Shown here one piece after another: positions 48,685 to 61,661 of a DNA stretch of 64,000 nucleotides. Each line of letters starts with the position of its first letter. Position 1 is the stretch's first letter. Source of the DNA: Alphaproteobacteria bacterium (GTDB taxonomy: Bacteria > Pseudomonadota > Alphaproteobacteria > MPNO01 > UBA830); contig JAYPPO010000002.1 in assembly GCA_038131485.1 (NCBI GenBank), forward strand, positions 845,207 to 909,206. Direction: 5' to 3'. Under the pieces are notes generated by a model. It had not been told where the DNA came from, did no database searches, and saw only the letters and a program-made list of their open reading frames with translations. The translations under genes were made by a program, and so were the position numbers.

Positions 48685-50661
48685 ATGCCGACCACCCCTG
48701 CGACGGAAGAACTGCTGCGCGGCCTCGCAGCCTCCGCGTTCGACGTAACGCTCGAAGATGCACCCGCATTGCTGGCCGAAATGGCCGGCGACATCGACCC
48801 GACCGACGCCGCCGCCCGCATCGAGGCGATCCGCGCCGGGCGCGATACCGCCGCCGTGCGCGGTCCCGCGCCGCCGGAGCGGCTCGCCGCGGTGCGGGAG
48901 AAAATGGCCGGCGCGTCGCTCGACGGCTTTCTCGTGCCGTTGGCGGACGAGCATCAGGGCGAGTTCATTCCGCCCCGAGCCCAGCGTCTCGCCTGGCTGA
49001 CCGGCTTCAGCGGGTCCGCCGGTTTGGCGATCGTGCTGGCCGACCGAGCGGCGATCTTCGTCGACGGGCGCTACACGCTGCAGGTCCGTCATCAGGTCGA
49101 TACGACAGTCTTTACGCCCTACCACCTGATCGAGGCGCCGCCGGACCACTGGCTTGCGGAAAACGCGGGCAAGGGAAGGCGTGTCGGCTTCGACCCGTGG
49201 CTTCATACCACGGCCGGAATCGACCGGCTGCGGCGCGGATGCGAACGCGCGAGCGCGGAGCTCGTGCCGGTCGACGCGAACCCTCTGGACGCGGTATGGT
49301 TGGACCAGCCGCCGCCGCCGCTCGGGCCCGTTGTGCCACATGCGGACGACGTCGCCGGCCGGTCCTCCGCCGACAAGCGCGCTGAGGCTGCCGAGACGGT
49401 GGCTGAGGACGGTGCGGATGCGGCGGTACTGAGTGCGCCGGATTCGATCGCGTGGCTGCTGAACGTCCGCGGCTGCGACGTCGACAACACGCCGTTGCCA
49501 CTTAGCTACGCGATTCTCCATGCCGACGCCTCCGTCGAATGGTTTTTGGATCCGCGCAAGCTGCCCGCGGCGACCCGAGAACATGTCGGCGCAGACGTTT
49601 CGGTCATGGAAACGGGCGCCTTCGGGGGGCGGCTTGATGCGCTGGGCGCGGCGAAGAAGCGCGTTCGGCTCGATACGGCGAGTTGCCCCGAATGGATCCG
49701 GCTGCGGCTCGAAGCTGCAGCAGCGAACGTCGGGTCGGGCGGTGATCCCTGCACGCTGCCCAAGGCGCGCAAGAATTCCGTCGAAATCGCAGGCACGCGC
49801 GACGCGCATGTTCGCGATGGCGCGGCGCTTACGTCGTTTCTCTCATGGCTTGCCGTGGAAGCACCGAAGGGCGGGGTCACCGAAATGTCCGCCGTTGACC
49901 GCCTGTTCGAATTCCGGCGCCGGGACCCGGGGTTTCGGGGCAACAGCTTCGATACGATCTCGGGAAGCGGGCCGAACGGCGCGATCGTGCACTATCGCGT
50001 CACGCCGGGGACCGACCGCGCGCTGATGCCTGGCGACATCTATCTCGTCGATTCTGGCGGCCAGTACCGCGACGGCACAACGGACGTGACGCGGACGGTC
50101 TATATCGAGAACGGGACAGGCGCGCCCGACAATGCGCGCGAGATGAACACGCGTGTCCTGCGTGGCCACATCGCGATCGCGACAGCGCGGTTTCCCGTCG
50201 GAACGTCCGGCACGCAGCTCGATGCGCTGGCCCGCGTCGCGCTATGGGAGGCGGGCGTCGACTACGATCACGGGACCGGCCACGGCGTCGGCAGCTATCT
50301 CGGCGTCCACGAGGGCCCGCAGAGGATTTCAAAGCAAGGACCGGCAGTATCGCTGGAGCCGGGCATGATCGTTTCGAACGAACCGGGCTATTACCGAACC
50401 GACGGGTTCGGAATCCGCATCGAGAATCTTGTCCTTGTCCGGGCGGCAGAGATGGGCGGCAGCGGCGAACGGGACCTACTCGAATTCGAGACCCTAACGC
50501 TCGCGCCTATCGACCGGGCCCTTATCGAGCCATCCCTGCTGTCGGCGGCGGAACTGGGCTGGCTCAACTCCTACCACTCGCGCGTTCGCGAGACGATCGG
50601 GCCGCTGGTAGACGACGCGACACGATCCTGGCTGGCAGCAGCGACCGCGCCGCTGCAGTAG
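48685..50661 (+). CDS. pepP: Xaa-Pro aminopeptidase (M24B, aminopeptidase P)
   Basis: N-terminal creatinase/prolidase domain (…LDGFLVP…WLTGFSGSAG…). C-terminal pita-bread fold with His/Glu metal ligands (…HGTGHGVGSYLGVHEGP…). Confidence 0.85.
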   Translation: MPTTPATEELLRGLAASAFDVTLEDAPALLAEMAGDIDPTDAAARIEAIRAGRDTAAVRGPAPPERLAAVREKMAGASLDGFLVPLADEHQGEFIPPRAQRLAWLTGFSGSAGLAIVLADRAAIFVDGRYTLQVRHQVDTTVFTPYHLIEAPPDHWLAENAGKGRRVGFDPWLHTTAGIDRLRRGCERASAELVPVDANPLDAVWLDQPPPPLGPVVPHADDVAGRSSADKRAEAAETVAEDGADAAVLSAPDSIAWLLNVRGCDVDNTPLPLSYAILHADASVEWFLDPRKLPAATREHVGADVSVMETGAFGGRLDALGAAKKRVRLDTASCPEWIRLRLEAAAANVGSGGDPCTLPKARKNSVEIAGTRDAHVRDGAALTSFLSWLAVEAPKGGVTEMSAVDRLFEFRRRDPGFRGNSFDTISGSGPNGAIVHYRVTPGTDRALMPGDIYLVDSGGQYRDGTTDVTRTVYIENGTGAPDNAREMNTRVLRGHIAIATARFPVGTSGTQLDALARVALWEAGVDYDHGTGHGVGSYLGVHEGPQRISKQGPAVSLEPGMIVSNEPGYYRTDGFGIRIENLVLVRAAEMGGSGERDLLEFETLTLAPIDRALIEPSLLSAAELGWLNSYHSRVRETIGPLVDDATRSWLAAATAPLQ

Positions 50662-50673
50662 GTTCGTCGGCTT

Positions 50674-52827
<2,154 letters not shown>

Positions 52828-54528
52828 CTAGTGGGCGATTTCGGCGATCAGACTGTCTGCTGCGGCACGCGCTTCCTCGGTGATCTTTGCGCCCGCCAGC
52901 ATCCGAGCGAGTTCCTCGCGCCGTTCGTCGTTCGACAGAACGGAGATCGTTGTCGTCGTGGTTTCAATGCCATTGGGGGCCGCGACGTCTTTCCGGACCC
53001 GGAAATGCGTATTGCCGCGGGCGGCGACCTGCGGGGAGTGCGTGACGACGAGAACCTGCGCCTCGCACGCAAGCCTATGCAGCCGCTCGGCGACGGCTGC
53101 GGCGGTCGCGCCGCCGACACCTGCGTCGACCTCGTCGAAGACCAGCGTGTCCACCCGATTGGTCCGCGAGAGTACGACCTTGAGCGCGAGCAGCAGGCGT
53201 GCCAATTCTCCGCCCGACGCGACCCGGTCCACGGGTCCCGGAGGTTGTCCTGGGTTGGCGGCGACCTCGAAGCGGATCCGGTCGAGACCGTCTGGGCCAC
53301 CGTCACCGGGATACGATGTCTCGAGGGACGTCGCAAAACGAGCTTTTTCGAGGCGCAGCGACGGCAGTTCCTCCGCAACTGCGGCGTCGAGCCGCGCCGC
53401 GGCCTCCCGCCGCGCCGCGCTGAGATTGAGCGCCGCGGTCTCGTAGGCTGCGCGTTTTTCCGCGGTCTCGGCTTCAAGCGCGGCGATGTCCTTGTCAGCA
53501 CTGTCGAGTGCCTCCAGCTTGGCGGCGAACACTTCGCGCAGCGCGGCGAGAGAGTCCACGTCGGTGTTGTGCTTGCGGGCGAGCGCCCGGAGGGCGAACA
53601 GCCGTTCCTCGAGCTGTTCAACCCGGCCGGGGTCCTGATCGATGCCGCGGAGCACCTTGTGCAGCAGATCGCCGGCTGTCGCCGCTTCATTCGTCGTCCG
53701 GTCAAGCGCTTCTAGCGCTTCGCGCAGCTGGCCTGCCGCCTGCTCGTTGGCTCGTTCGAGTCCGCGCATTACTCTCGACAAGCGTGTCTGCAGCCCGTCG
53801 CGCCCGCCGAGGACGGCCTGCGCCTGCTCGATGGCTTCAACGATCTTTTCGCTGTTCATCATCATCGCGCGCGTTTCCGACAGGCTCGAATCCTCGCCCG
53901 GCTGCGGGTCCATTTCCGCCAACTCGGCATGGACATGGCGGAGATAGTCTCCTTCCTCGGCGATGCGGGCGATGTCCGCACGAGCGTTTTCCAGCTGGCC
54001 TTCCGCGTCGCGCATTACGGACCATGCGGTCCGCACGTCACGGACCTTGCCGGCTAGGCGGCCAAACGCATCGAGGGCCGCACGGTGGTTCGCCGGGTCA
54101 AGCATTCCGTGGCTCGCGAACTGTCCTTCGATCTCGACCAGCGTTTCGCCGATCATTCTCAGCGCGGCGACGCTGACCGGCTGATCGTTGACGAAACCGC
54201 GGCTACGCCCGTCCGCCGCGATCGTGCGGCGCAGGACGAATGACTCGCCGGCCTTCGGCGGGTCGATATCGTGTTCGCGTATCAGGTCGAAAACGGGGTG
54301 ATTGTCGGGCAGCTCGAAGGTGGCGGTGACGGATGTGCGGGCATCGTCTTCAGCTGCCGTCCGAGCGTAGGATGCGTCGGCCCGCGCGCCGATGGCGAGT
54401 CCTAGCGCGTCGAGGAGGATGGATTTGCCGGCGCCCGTCTCGCCGGTCAGGACGCACAGGCCGCCGTCGAATTCTAGATCGAGCCGGTCGATCAGGACGA
54501 AATTGCGGATGGAGAGCGACGCCAGCAT
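52828..54528 (-). CDS. recN: DNA repair protein RecN
   Basis: N-terminal Walker A (LTGETGAGKSIL), long coiled-coil, C-terminal signature/Walker B. 566 aa. Confidence 0.95.
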   Translation of the reverse strand: MLASLSIRNFVLIDRLDLEFDGGLCVLTGETGAGKSILLDALGLAIGARADASYARTAAEDDARTSVTATFELPDNHPVFDLIREHDIDPPKAGESFVLRRTIAADGRSRGFVNDQPVSVAALRMIGETLVEIEGQFASHGMLDPANHRAALDAFGRLAGKVRDVRTAWSVMRDAEGQLENARADIARIAEEGDYLRHVHAELAEMDPQPGEDSSLSETRAMMMNSEKIVEAIEQAQAVLGGRDGLQTRLSRVMRGLERANEQAAGQLREALEALDRTTNEAATAGDLLHKVLRGIDQDPGRVEQLEERLFALRALARKHNTDVDSLAALREVFAAKLEALDSADKDIAALEAETAEKRAAYETAALNLSAARREAAARLDAAVAEELPSLRLEKARFATSLETSYPGDGGPDGLDRIRFEVAANPGQPPGPVDRVASGGELARLLLALKVVLSRTNRVDTLVFDEVDAGVGGATAAAVAERLHRLACEAQVLVVTHSPQVAARGNTHFRVRKDVAAPNGIETTTTTISVLSNDERREELARMLAGAKITEEARAAADSLIAEIAH

Positions 54529-54534
54529 CGGCGC

Positions 54535-55347
54535 TCAGAAAAGCCAGTCCCAGGTGCGCGCGAATATGCCCTTTTCCTCATTCTGCTCGCGCAGGTCCAC
54601 GCCGGTCGCGATGTAGTAGGTGTCCAAGTACCATTCGCTGCCCGGATAGTTGTACCCGAGGACCGCAGCGACCTTGCGCGCTTCGTCTATGACGCCGAGC
54701 GCAGTGTAAGCCTCCACGAGGCGGTGAAGCGCTTCGGGGACGTGGGTCGTCGTCTGATAGACTTCTAGGACCCGCCGGAAGCGGTTGATCGCCGCGGCAT
54801 AGTGCCGGCGTTCAAGATAGAACCTGCCGATTTCCATATCCTTACCGGCAAGATGATCGCGTGCAAGGTCGATCTTTAGTTTGGCGTCGCGGGCGAATTT
54901 GCTCTCCGGGAAGCGCTTGATGACGTCTTCCAGCGACTGGAGTGCCTGGCGCGTTGCTCGCTGATCGCGCGACACGTCGGAAATCTGTTCGTAATGCGCC
55001 AGCGCCCGAAGATAGTACGCGTAGGGCGTATCCCGATTGCCGGGGTGCAGGCGGATGAAGCGGTCGAGGGCGATGATCGCGTCGTCGTATTCGTTTGCCT
55101 GGTAGTGCGAATAGGCGGCCATGAGCTGGGCCTTGGTCGCCCATGTGGAATAGGGATGCTGCCGCTCTACCTCTTCGAATTTCTTGGCGGCCTCGTTGTA
55201 GTTCGCTGTCTCGAGCGCGTTAACAGCAGCATTATAGAGCGGCTCTACCCTCTGCTCGACATAGATCTCCTCCTCGGAGGAGCTGCACGCAACCATAAAC
55301 GCGCAGGCCGTTAGGGCTATGACCAAAAGTCTCAATACGGTTCTCAT
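54535..55347 (-). CDS. bamD: outer membrane protein assembly factor BamD (TPR lipoprotein)
   Basis: Lipobox …ACAFMVACSS. TPR repeats. Conserved position between recN and lpxC. Confidence 0.8.
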   Translation of the reverse strand: MRTVLRLLVIALTACAFMVACSSSEEEIYVEQRVEPLYNAAVNALETANYNEAAKKFEEVERQHPYSTWATKAQLMAAYSHYQANEYDDAIIALDRFIRLHPGNRDTPYAYYLRALAHYEQISDVSRDQRATRQALQSLEDVIKRFPESKFARDAKLKIDLARDHLAGKDMEIGRFYLERRHYAAAINRFRRVLEVYQTTTHVPEALHRLVEAYTALGVIDEARKVAAVLGYNYPGSEWYLDTYYIATGVDLREQNEEKGIFARTWDWLF

Positions 55348-55473
55348 TGTATCGGCCGTCGGAAAATCGATCAGTCATTTATAGCACAGCAAAGACGATT
55401 GGTGCATTGCGCAGCGAAACAGGCGCCAGACTTCGTGGACCTTCTGAAAGGGGTTACCCAGCCGGAGGCAAGA

Positions 55474-56418
55474 TCAGGCGACCACCTCGATTGCTTGCGC
55501 CTCGACGGCATGTCGGCGGGGCTCTGCGTCGACTAGCGTCCACGCCGTGTTGTCATCGAAGACGGCCTGCAGAAGGGCGTTGTTCAGTTGGTGACCTGAC
55601 CGGGAAGCCCGGACTTCGCCGATGATGGGCCCACCCGCAAGGTAGAGATCGCCGATGCAGTCGAGGATCTTGTGACGGACGAATTCGTCTTCATAGCGCA
55701 GGCCTTCCTTGTTCAGGATCCGGTCTTCGCCGACAACGACGGCATTGTCTAGCGACCCGCCGAGCGCGAGACCGGCGCTGTGCAGCGCGTCGACTTCATT
55801 TTCGAAGCAGAACGTGCGCGCCCGCGCGATATCTACTTTGAAGTCGCTGTTAAGGTTCTCGAAGGCGTAGTGCTGACGATCGATCGCCGCGTTGTCGAAG
55901 TCTATCTCGAACGATAGGCTGAACTCGTCGGACGGCAGGATCGTCAGCGAGCGGTTGCCGTCGCCGACCGTGATCGGCTTCAGGATCTTGATCGCCTTGC
56001 GCGGAGCTTCCAGCTCGACGACGCCGGCGCACTCGATGAGGAACACGAACGGCGCTGCGCTGCCGTCCATGATCGGGATTTCGGGTCCGTCGACCTCAAT
56101 CACGAGATTGTCGATCTCGCAGCCGGCGAGGGCGGACATCAGATGCTCGATGGTACTGACCGTCGTGCCGTAATCGTTGCCGACCGTCGTCGCAAGCTGC
56201 GTGTCGACGACCTTGGACCAGTCGACGACGATTTCGCTGGCGCCGTTGACCAGGTCGGTGCGGCGGATGCGGATGCCCGCATTCGCTTCGGCCGGTTTCA
56301 GGTTCAGCGTGGTCTTGCGGCCGGAGTGAAGGGCGATGCCGGTGCAGCCGATTGCCGATTTGATGGTCTTCTGTTTTGTCACGCTTGCGGTCTTTTTATC
56401 TAAATACCGACGGGTCAT
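55474..56418 (-). CDS. lpxC: UDP-3-O-acyl-N-acetylglucosamine deacetylase
   Basis: …TIKSAIGCTGIALHSGRKTTLNL… LpxC N-terminus. Zn-ligand His/Asp context. 314 aa. Confidence 0.95.
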   Translation of the reverse strand: MTRRYLDKKTASVTKQKTIKSAIGCTGIALHSGRKTTLNLKPAEANAGIRIRRTDLVNGASEIVVDWSKVVDTQLATTVGNDYGTTVSTIEHLMSALAGCEIDNLVIEVDGPEIPIMDGSAAPFVFLIECAGVVELEAPRKAIKILKPITVGDGNRSLTILPSDEFSLSFEIDFDNAAIDRQHYAFENLNSDFKVDIARARTFCFENEVDALHSAGLALGGSLDNAVVVGEDRILNKEGLRYEDEFVRHKILDCIGDLYLAGGPIIGEVRASRSGHQLNNALLQAVFDDNTAWTLVDAEPRRHAVEAQAIEVVA

Positions 56419-56638
56419 TCGGTTACGCGGCTGAGCCGCAGAGATTTTCAGGGTTTTCGTCCGCCGTTTCCCGACCGGGGCAGGTTCCGCAGAACCCCCG
56501 GAACCGATTTCTAGGCCTAGCCGAAACCTCTCACTATGAATATCAAAACTGGCTTATCAAACTCAAATCAACAAATGTTACAGAATGTTACGCGATTTAG
56601 AGGGTTAAGCTTGATTTAAGGCTTGTTCACGAAAGCAA

Positions 56639-56667
56639 AGCCGGCCCGTTCGGTCGCACGGGCCGGC
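56639..56667 (-). terminator. hairpin downstream of ftsZ
   Basis: GCCGGCCCG-TTCGGTCGCA-CGGGCCGGC, plus a second short hairpin CCGCGCGAGGCGCGG abutting the ftsZ stop. Confidence 0.45.
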
Positions 56668-56694
56668 TCCTTACGCTATCCGCGCGAGGCGCGG

Positions 56695-58461
56695 TTAGTT
56701 AGCCTGACGGCGCAAAAATGCTGGAATATCAAGTAGATCATCGTCAGCCTGAGACGTTTTCACCCTGTCTTCCGGGTCGACGCCGGCGAAGCGCGGCTGC
56801 TGCACGGCTGGTTCCTGTTCCTGTTCAGCAACCGGTGTCATTGAGGCTTCTGGAACAGCCGGCGCCGGCGATTCGGCGCGCCGATCCGCGTCGGACGCTA
56901 TGGCTGGTTCCGGGACTCTTCCTCGGGTTCCGCCGGTGATTCTCTGGAACAGGCTTCCGCTACGCCATTTCGGCTCGACCTTGCTGCCGCCGTTGATCAG
57001 GTCCGCTTCCTTGAACGGATCGGACCGGCCTGTAGACTCGGCGGGAGCCCGGGGATCGGCGGGCGGCGGCGGCATGAACGCGTCGTTGCGCATAACGAGG
57101 CGCGGCTCTGACGCTACCGGCTTCTCCGCGGCAGCCGGAGGCGGGGCTGAGGTTTCGGCCGGAGCCGGGATCGGGGCCGCCGGCATTGCCGGTTCCGTGG
57201 TGATCTCGGCTGACGCTTCAGGTTCGCTAGCGGGTGCCAACAGTGCGAGCGCTTCCGTTGCCTGCTGCGCTGCTGGGGTAGCTTCGGGCGCTGCAGGAGG
57301 TTCGATATTGAGGGATGACATTGCAGCCCGGGCGACCGACGACGCGGCGGCCTGGTTCTCGGCCGCGGCCTCCGTCTTTTTGGCGGTCGGGGCCGAGAGG
57401 GGGTCTTCCGCCTTTTCTGTGGATTCCGGCGTTCGCATCAGCTTTTGCGGCGGTGAATAGACCTTCATGACCGGACGCGGCTTGGCGTCGGACTGAACGT
57501 CGATTCCGGTCGCCACGACCGAGACCCGCATGCGGCCCTCGAGCGACGAGTCCATGGTCGAGCCGAAGATGATGTTGGCGTCCGGGTCGACTTCATCGCC
57601 GATGCGGTTGGCGGCTTCGTCGACCTCGAACAGGGTCATGTCCGGGCCACCCGTGATGTTGATGAGCACGCCGCGGGCGCCCTTCATCGACACGTCGTCG
57701 AGCAGCGGATTGGAGATCGCCGCTTCAGCCGCGAGACGGGCGCGGTCGTCGCCTTCGCCCTCGCCGGTGCCCATCATCGCCTTGCCCATCTCGCTCATCA
57801 CCGCGCGAATGTCGGCGAAGTCGAGATTGATCAGGCCAGGAACGACCATCAGGTCTGTTACGCCGCGGACGCCGGAGTGAAGGACCTCGTCGGCCATTGT
57901 GAAGGCGTCAGCAAAGGTCGTTTTCTCGTTTGCAATTCGGAAAAGGTTCTGGTTCGGGATAACGATCAGCGTATCAACGTATTGCTGCATCTCTTCGATG
58001 CCGGCTTCGGCGATGCGCATACGGTTGATGCCCTCGAACTGGAAGGGCTTGGTGACAACGCCGACGGTTAGGATGCCGTGCTCGCGGGCGAGCCGTGCGA
58101 CGACGGGCGCCGCGCCGGTGCCGGTGCCGCCGCCCATGCCGGCAGTGATAAATACCATGTGTGCCTCGCCGATGGCATCCATGAGGTCCTCCATGGCTTC
58201 CTCGGCGGCAGCTCTGCCAATATCAGGCCTGGAGCCGGCGCCCAGGCCATGCGTGATCCCCGGGCCGAGCTGGATCGTGCGTTCAGACTGCGACAGCGCC
58301 AAAGCCTGAGAGTCCGTGTTCGCGACGACGAATTCGACTCCGCCGAGCTGCGACATGATCATGTTATTGACCGCATTGCCGCCGGCACCGCCGACGCCGA
58401 TCACGGTGATCCTCGGCTTGAGGTGATTTTGCTGTTCTGGAACGGTGATGTTTATGGTCAT
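56695..58461 (-). CDS. ftsZ: cell division GTPase FtsZ (long Pro/Ala-rich C-terminal linker)
   Basis: GGGTGTG tubulin signature. T7 loop. Extended disordered C-terminal linker typical of Alphaproteobacteria. Conserved C-terminal peptide DIPAFLRRQ. Confidence 0.97.
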   Translation of the reverse strand: MTINITVPEQQNHLKPRITVIGVGGAGGNAVNNMIMSQLGGVEFVVANTDSQALALSQSERTIQLGPGITHGLGAGSRPDIGRAAAEEAMEDLMDAIGEAHMVFITAGMGGGTGTGAAPVVARLAREHGILTVGVVTKPFQFEGINRMRIAEAGIEEMQQYVDTLIVIPNQNLFRIANEKTTFADAFTMADEVLHSGVRGVTDLMVVPGLINLDFADIRAVMSEMGKAMMGTGEGEGDDRARLAAEAAISNPLLDDVSMKGARGVLINITGGPDMTLFEVDEAANRIGDEVDPDANIIFGSTMDSSLEGRMRVSVVATGIDVQSDAKPRPVMKVYSPPQKLMRTPESTEKAEDPLSAPTAKKTEAAAENQAAASSVARAAMSSLNIEPPAAPEATPAAQQATEALALLAPASEPEASAEITTEPAMPAAPIPAPAETSAPPPAAAEKPVASEPRLVMRNDAFMPPPPADPRAPAESTGRSDPFKEADLINGGSKVEPKWRSGSLFQRITGGTRGRVPEPAIASDADRRAESPAPAVPEASMTPVAEQEQEPAVQQPRFAGVDPEDRVKTSQADDDLLDIPAFLRRQAN

Positions 58462-58583
58462 GAGGGCCTCCTAGCCAGCGAAGAGACAGGGGATGGACAA
58501 GCAGAACCGTCCACCGTATCGGGTTTGTGGGAGCCGCGGTTGTCCGCGGTCGGGGTGAATGAGGTCTTAGGCAGGGTCATTTG

Positions 58584-59915
58584 TCAGAAACTCTCCTTGA
58601 TCCATTGGCCGAGACGAGCAATTCGCCCGACGGGCGCGGTCTCGGCGGTCTGGGTGTCTTCGAGCGCGCCAGAATATTTCTCGACCGCATAACGGAGCAG
58701 GCCGGAGCAGGCTGAGAAGGCGGGGCCGCTGGTCGCTTCCGCGAGGCCGCTGATCCGGAGTGGGCGGCCGATACGGACCTGCTTTTCGAGGACGAGGCCG
58801 GCGAGTTCTGGGATGCCGTGGAGCTGGCAGGCGCCGCCGGTCAGCACTAGGCGACGGCCCGATAGCCGGTCAGCGCTGCTGATTTCCAGCCGCTCGCGCA
58901 CTAGTTCGAAAATTTCTTCCATGCGCGGCCGAATGATCCCGGTCAGGATCGAGCGCGGCACGTGATTGGGCTGGTTGTGGTTATCTTCGCCGACGAGCGG
59001 GACGTCGATCATCTCGTTCTCGTCCGACTGCTGCGTGATCGCGCTGCCGTAGAGGATCTTCATACGCTCGGCATTAACGACTGGCGTCGACAGGCCGCGC
59101 GCTATGTCGTTGGTCACGTGGCCGCCGCCGGCGGGAATCGAGTCCGCGAACACGACCTGGCCGTCGTAGAAAACGGCGATCGTCGTTGTGCCGGCGCCTA
59201 TGTCCACGAGCGTCACGCCTAAGTCCTTCTCGTCCTCGACTAGGCACGACAGGCCCGACGCGTAGGACGACATAACGATTTCCTCGATCTCGAGGTGGCA
59301 GCGTGCGACGCAAGTCTTTAGGTTGCGCACCGGACCGACCGAAGCATTGATGTGATGGAAGCTTACGCCGAGGCGTTCGCCGAACATGCTACGCGGGTCG
59401 TGGATACCCCGGTTGCCGTCAATCGAGTACCCGACCGGCAGGCAGTGGATCAGATCGCGGTCCTCGGGCTGCTCGATGTCGAAATTACGTTCCCTGGCGC
59501 GGCGCAGATCGGACGAGGAGATCTCATGGCCCGCGATCGAGACCTCGATCTCCTGGATCTGTGAATAGACCCGTCCCGCCGACAGGTTGACGAAGATGCG
59601 ATCAATCCGCTCGCCCGCCATCTCCTCCGCCGCACTTACGGCGGTCAGAATGGCTGCTTGGGCCGCTTCCATGTCGATAATGGCGCCGTTCCGGATGCCG
59701 CTCGCCGCCTGCTGGGCGACGCCGATGACGCGAATGCCACCGTCGGCGTTCACGTGCGCGATGAAACAGCAGACCTTGGCGCTCCCGATGTCGAGTGCGG
59801 CGATGATCCCTGTACGTATCCTGGCCACTTTCATTGTCACTCCCTGGCCTGTGCGGTCATGTGTCTTTGCCTTTGCGTTCGCGCGCCCTCCGTTCGAGCG
59901 CCGGATGCTCTGCAC
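58584..59915 (-). CDS. ftsA: cell division protein FtsA
   Basis: Actin-like ATPase (…ALDIGSAKVCCFIA…). 443 aa. Confidence 0.95.
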   Translation of the reverse strand: MQSIRRSNGGRANAKAKTHDRTGQGVTMKVARIRTGIIAALDIGSAKVCCFIAHVNADGGIRVIGVAQQAASGIRNGAIIDMEAAQAAILTAVSAAEEMAGERIDRIFVNLSAGRVYSQIQEIEVSIAGHEISSSDLRRARERNFDIEQPEDRDLIHCLPVGYSIDGNRGIHDPRSMFGERLGVSFHHINASVGPVRNLKTCVARCHLEIEEIVMSSYASGLSCLVEDEKDLGVTLVDIGAGTTTIAVFYDGQVVFADSIPAGGGHVTNDIARGLSTPVVNAERMKILYGSAITQQSDENEMIDVPLVGEDNHNQPNHVPRSILTGIIRPRMEEIFELVRERLEISSADRLSGRRLVLTGGACQLHGIPELAGLVLEKQVRIGRPLRISGLAEATSGPAFSACSGLLRYAVEKYSGALEDTQTAETAPVGRIARLGQWIKESF

Positions 59916-60741
59916 GGGTGCGGACGATGAGTTGGTCAGGAATGCGGAGATCGATCGACAGCAGATCCTGCTTGAGCAGCCCGTGCTCGCGTTCGAGCCA
60001 CGCTAAACGGTGCCACGCGCCTTCGGCGTTCTTCTCGGGCAGCCGGACAAATACGCCGTTGTCCATGCGGACGTTCCAGCGGCGCTGACCGATGCGCACG
60101 GCGGCGTCGACCCGGTCCATTAGAACCGGTTCGGCCGACAGCGTCGCGAGGAGCTCTTGCGCATGCATGGGCGCGTCGTCGCCGACGATCACCAGCAGGT
60201 TTGCGAACCGGTCGAGCCCGCGGTCGGTGATGATAACGCCCTCGTCGTCGACGAGGGTCAGCTTGGTGCCGCGCTGCCACAGCGCGAGCGGCCGGCGTTC
60301 GGAAACGGTGACGCGGATCGCGCTCGGGAATTCGCGCTTGATCGCGGCGGCGCGCACCCAGTTTAAAGACTCGACCCGCGAACGAGCGCGCTTCAGGTCG
60401 ACGGAGAGCAGGGGGGTTCCGCGGTCGATAGATAGCGCCTCAGCGATGCTTTCCGCTGATTCGTTGACGCGGCCGTGCAGGTAGATCTGTCTCACCCGGA
60501 GACCGGCGTCGCCCAAGGACTCCGAAACGGATGCGGCGAAGCTGCCCATTATCTCGGCGACCAAACCTGATTTCCAGAGCCATGCTGGCCCTCCCACCAC
60601 GGCGCTCAAAACAATGGCCGCCGCCGCGCCACGCGTGGCGCGCCTTGCCCCGCGTCGTATCGGCCGTTTGCGGGCAGCTGCGGAACGTTCGGTTTTGCCG
60701 GGTTTTGCGGCATTTTTCTTATCGCGAGTCAGCCATCGCAT
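59857..60741 (-). CDS. ftsQ: cell division protein FtsQ
   Basis: Start assigned to MRWLTRDKK… N-terminal TM segment (AAAIVLSAVVGGPAWLW), POTRA and FtsQ domains. The track ORF extends upstream to 60924, overlapping ddl. Confidence 0.8.
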   Translation of the reverse strand: MRWLTRDKKNAAKPGKTERSAAARKRPIRRGARRATRGAAAAIVLSAVVGGPAWLWKSGLVAEIMGSFAASVSESLGDAGLRVRQIYLHGRVNESAESIAEALSIDRGTPLLSVDLKRARSRVESLNWVRAAAIKREFPSAIRVTVSERRPLALWQRGTKLTLVDDEGVIITDRGLDRFANLLVIVGDDAPMHAQELLATLSAEPVLMDRVDAAVRIGQRRWNVRMDNGVFVRLPEKNAEGAWHRLAWLEREHGLLKQDLLSIDLRIPDQLIVRTRAEHPALERRARERKGKDT

Positions 60742-61661
60742 GCTGCGTTCTCCACCATCCAGCTGACGAGTTCGCCGAAGCTGATGCCGACATGGGTTGC
60801 TTGTTCGGGCACCAGCGACAGCGGCGTCATGCCTGGCTGCGTGTTGAGTTCGAGGATGAAGAGCTGTCCCAGCTCTCCGTCCTGGTCGTCGTAAATAAAG
60901 TCCGAGCGCGAGACGCCCCGGCATCCTAGCGCCTTGTGGGCGCGCAGGGCGTAGTCCATCGCTTTCGCATAGATTTCCGGATGGACGGGCGCGGGCACCA
61001 GGTGTTCGGTTTTGCCTTCGGTGTATTTCGCCTCGTAGTCGTAGAACCCTTCGTAGGGCCGGAGCTCGGTCACGCCAAGCGCGCGGTCGCCGATGACGGA
61101 AACCGTCAGTTCGCGGCCCGCGACGAAGCGTTCGATCATCAGCCGAGAGCCGTGTGTCCAGATATCATGGTCCGCGCCGGGCTTGTCGGTGTCCACGCGC
61201 ACGATGGTCACGCCGACGCTGGAGCCCTCGTTGAGAGGCTTAAGCACGTAGGGAAGCTCCATGACCTCGCCGCCGAGATATTCGTCGCGCGTGACGATCA
61301 AGTGCGGCGCGCAAGGGATGCCCGCCTTTTCGAACAGCAACTTCGCCATTGGCTTGTTCATGGCCATCGCGGAGGCCATGACGCCGGAATGCGAATAGGG
61401 GATGCCTAAGCATTCAAGGACACCCTGCAGGCAGCCGTCCTCGCCGTAAGGCCCGTGCAGCGCGTTGTAGACGACGTCCGGCGCGGGCGTCAGGTCGTCG
61501 ATGAGCTGGCGGAGGTCGCGGCGCACGTAGATGCGGCGCACGTCGTAGCCCGCATCCGTCAGCGCGGCGGCGATCTGGCCGCTGCCCATCAGGGAGACCT
61601 CGTGTTCGCTAGACCAGCCGCCCTCGAGGACAGCGACGCTCTTTTTCCGGTCGTCGTTCAT
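60729..61661 (-). CDS. ddl: D-alanine--D-alanine ligase
   Basis: ATP-grasp. …VAVLEGGWSSEHEVSL… N-terminus. Start assigned to MNDDRKK (track ORF opens at 61712). Confidence 0.9.
   Translation of the reverse strand: MNDDRKKSVAVLEGGWSSEHEVSLMGSGQIAAALTDAGYDVRRIYVRRDLRQLIDDLTPAPDVVYNALHGPYGEDGCLQGVLECLGIPYSHSGVMASAMAMNKPMAKLLFEKAGIPCAPHLIVTRDEYLGGEVMELPYVLKPLNEGSSVGVTIVRVDTDKPGADHDIWTHGSRLMIERFVAGRELTVSVIGDRALGVTELRPYEGFYDYEAKYTEGKTEHLVPAPVHPEIYAKAMDYALRAHKALGCRGVSRSDFIYDDQDGELGQLFILELNTQPGMTPLSLVPEQATHVGISFGELVSWMVENAACDG

Noticed and set aside
48439-49809. 456-aa ORF antisense to pepP. Also 62178..63653(+) antisense to murC, and 44709..45184 and 45090..46508 antisense to uvrD.
   Set aside because: The same high-GC antisense artefact. 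The sense-strand genes have clear family signatures.
56900-57460. Gly/Ala/Ser-rich plus-strand ORF opposite the ftsZ linker.
   Set aside because: Antisense of the Pro/Ala-rich FtsZ C-terminal linker. It is a compositional mirror image, not a gene.
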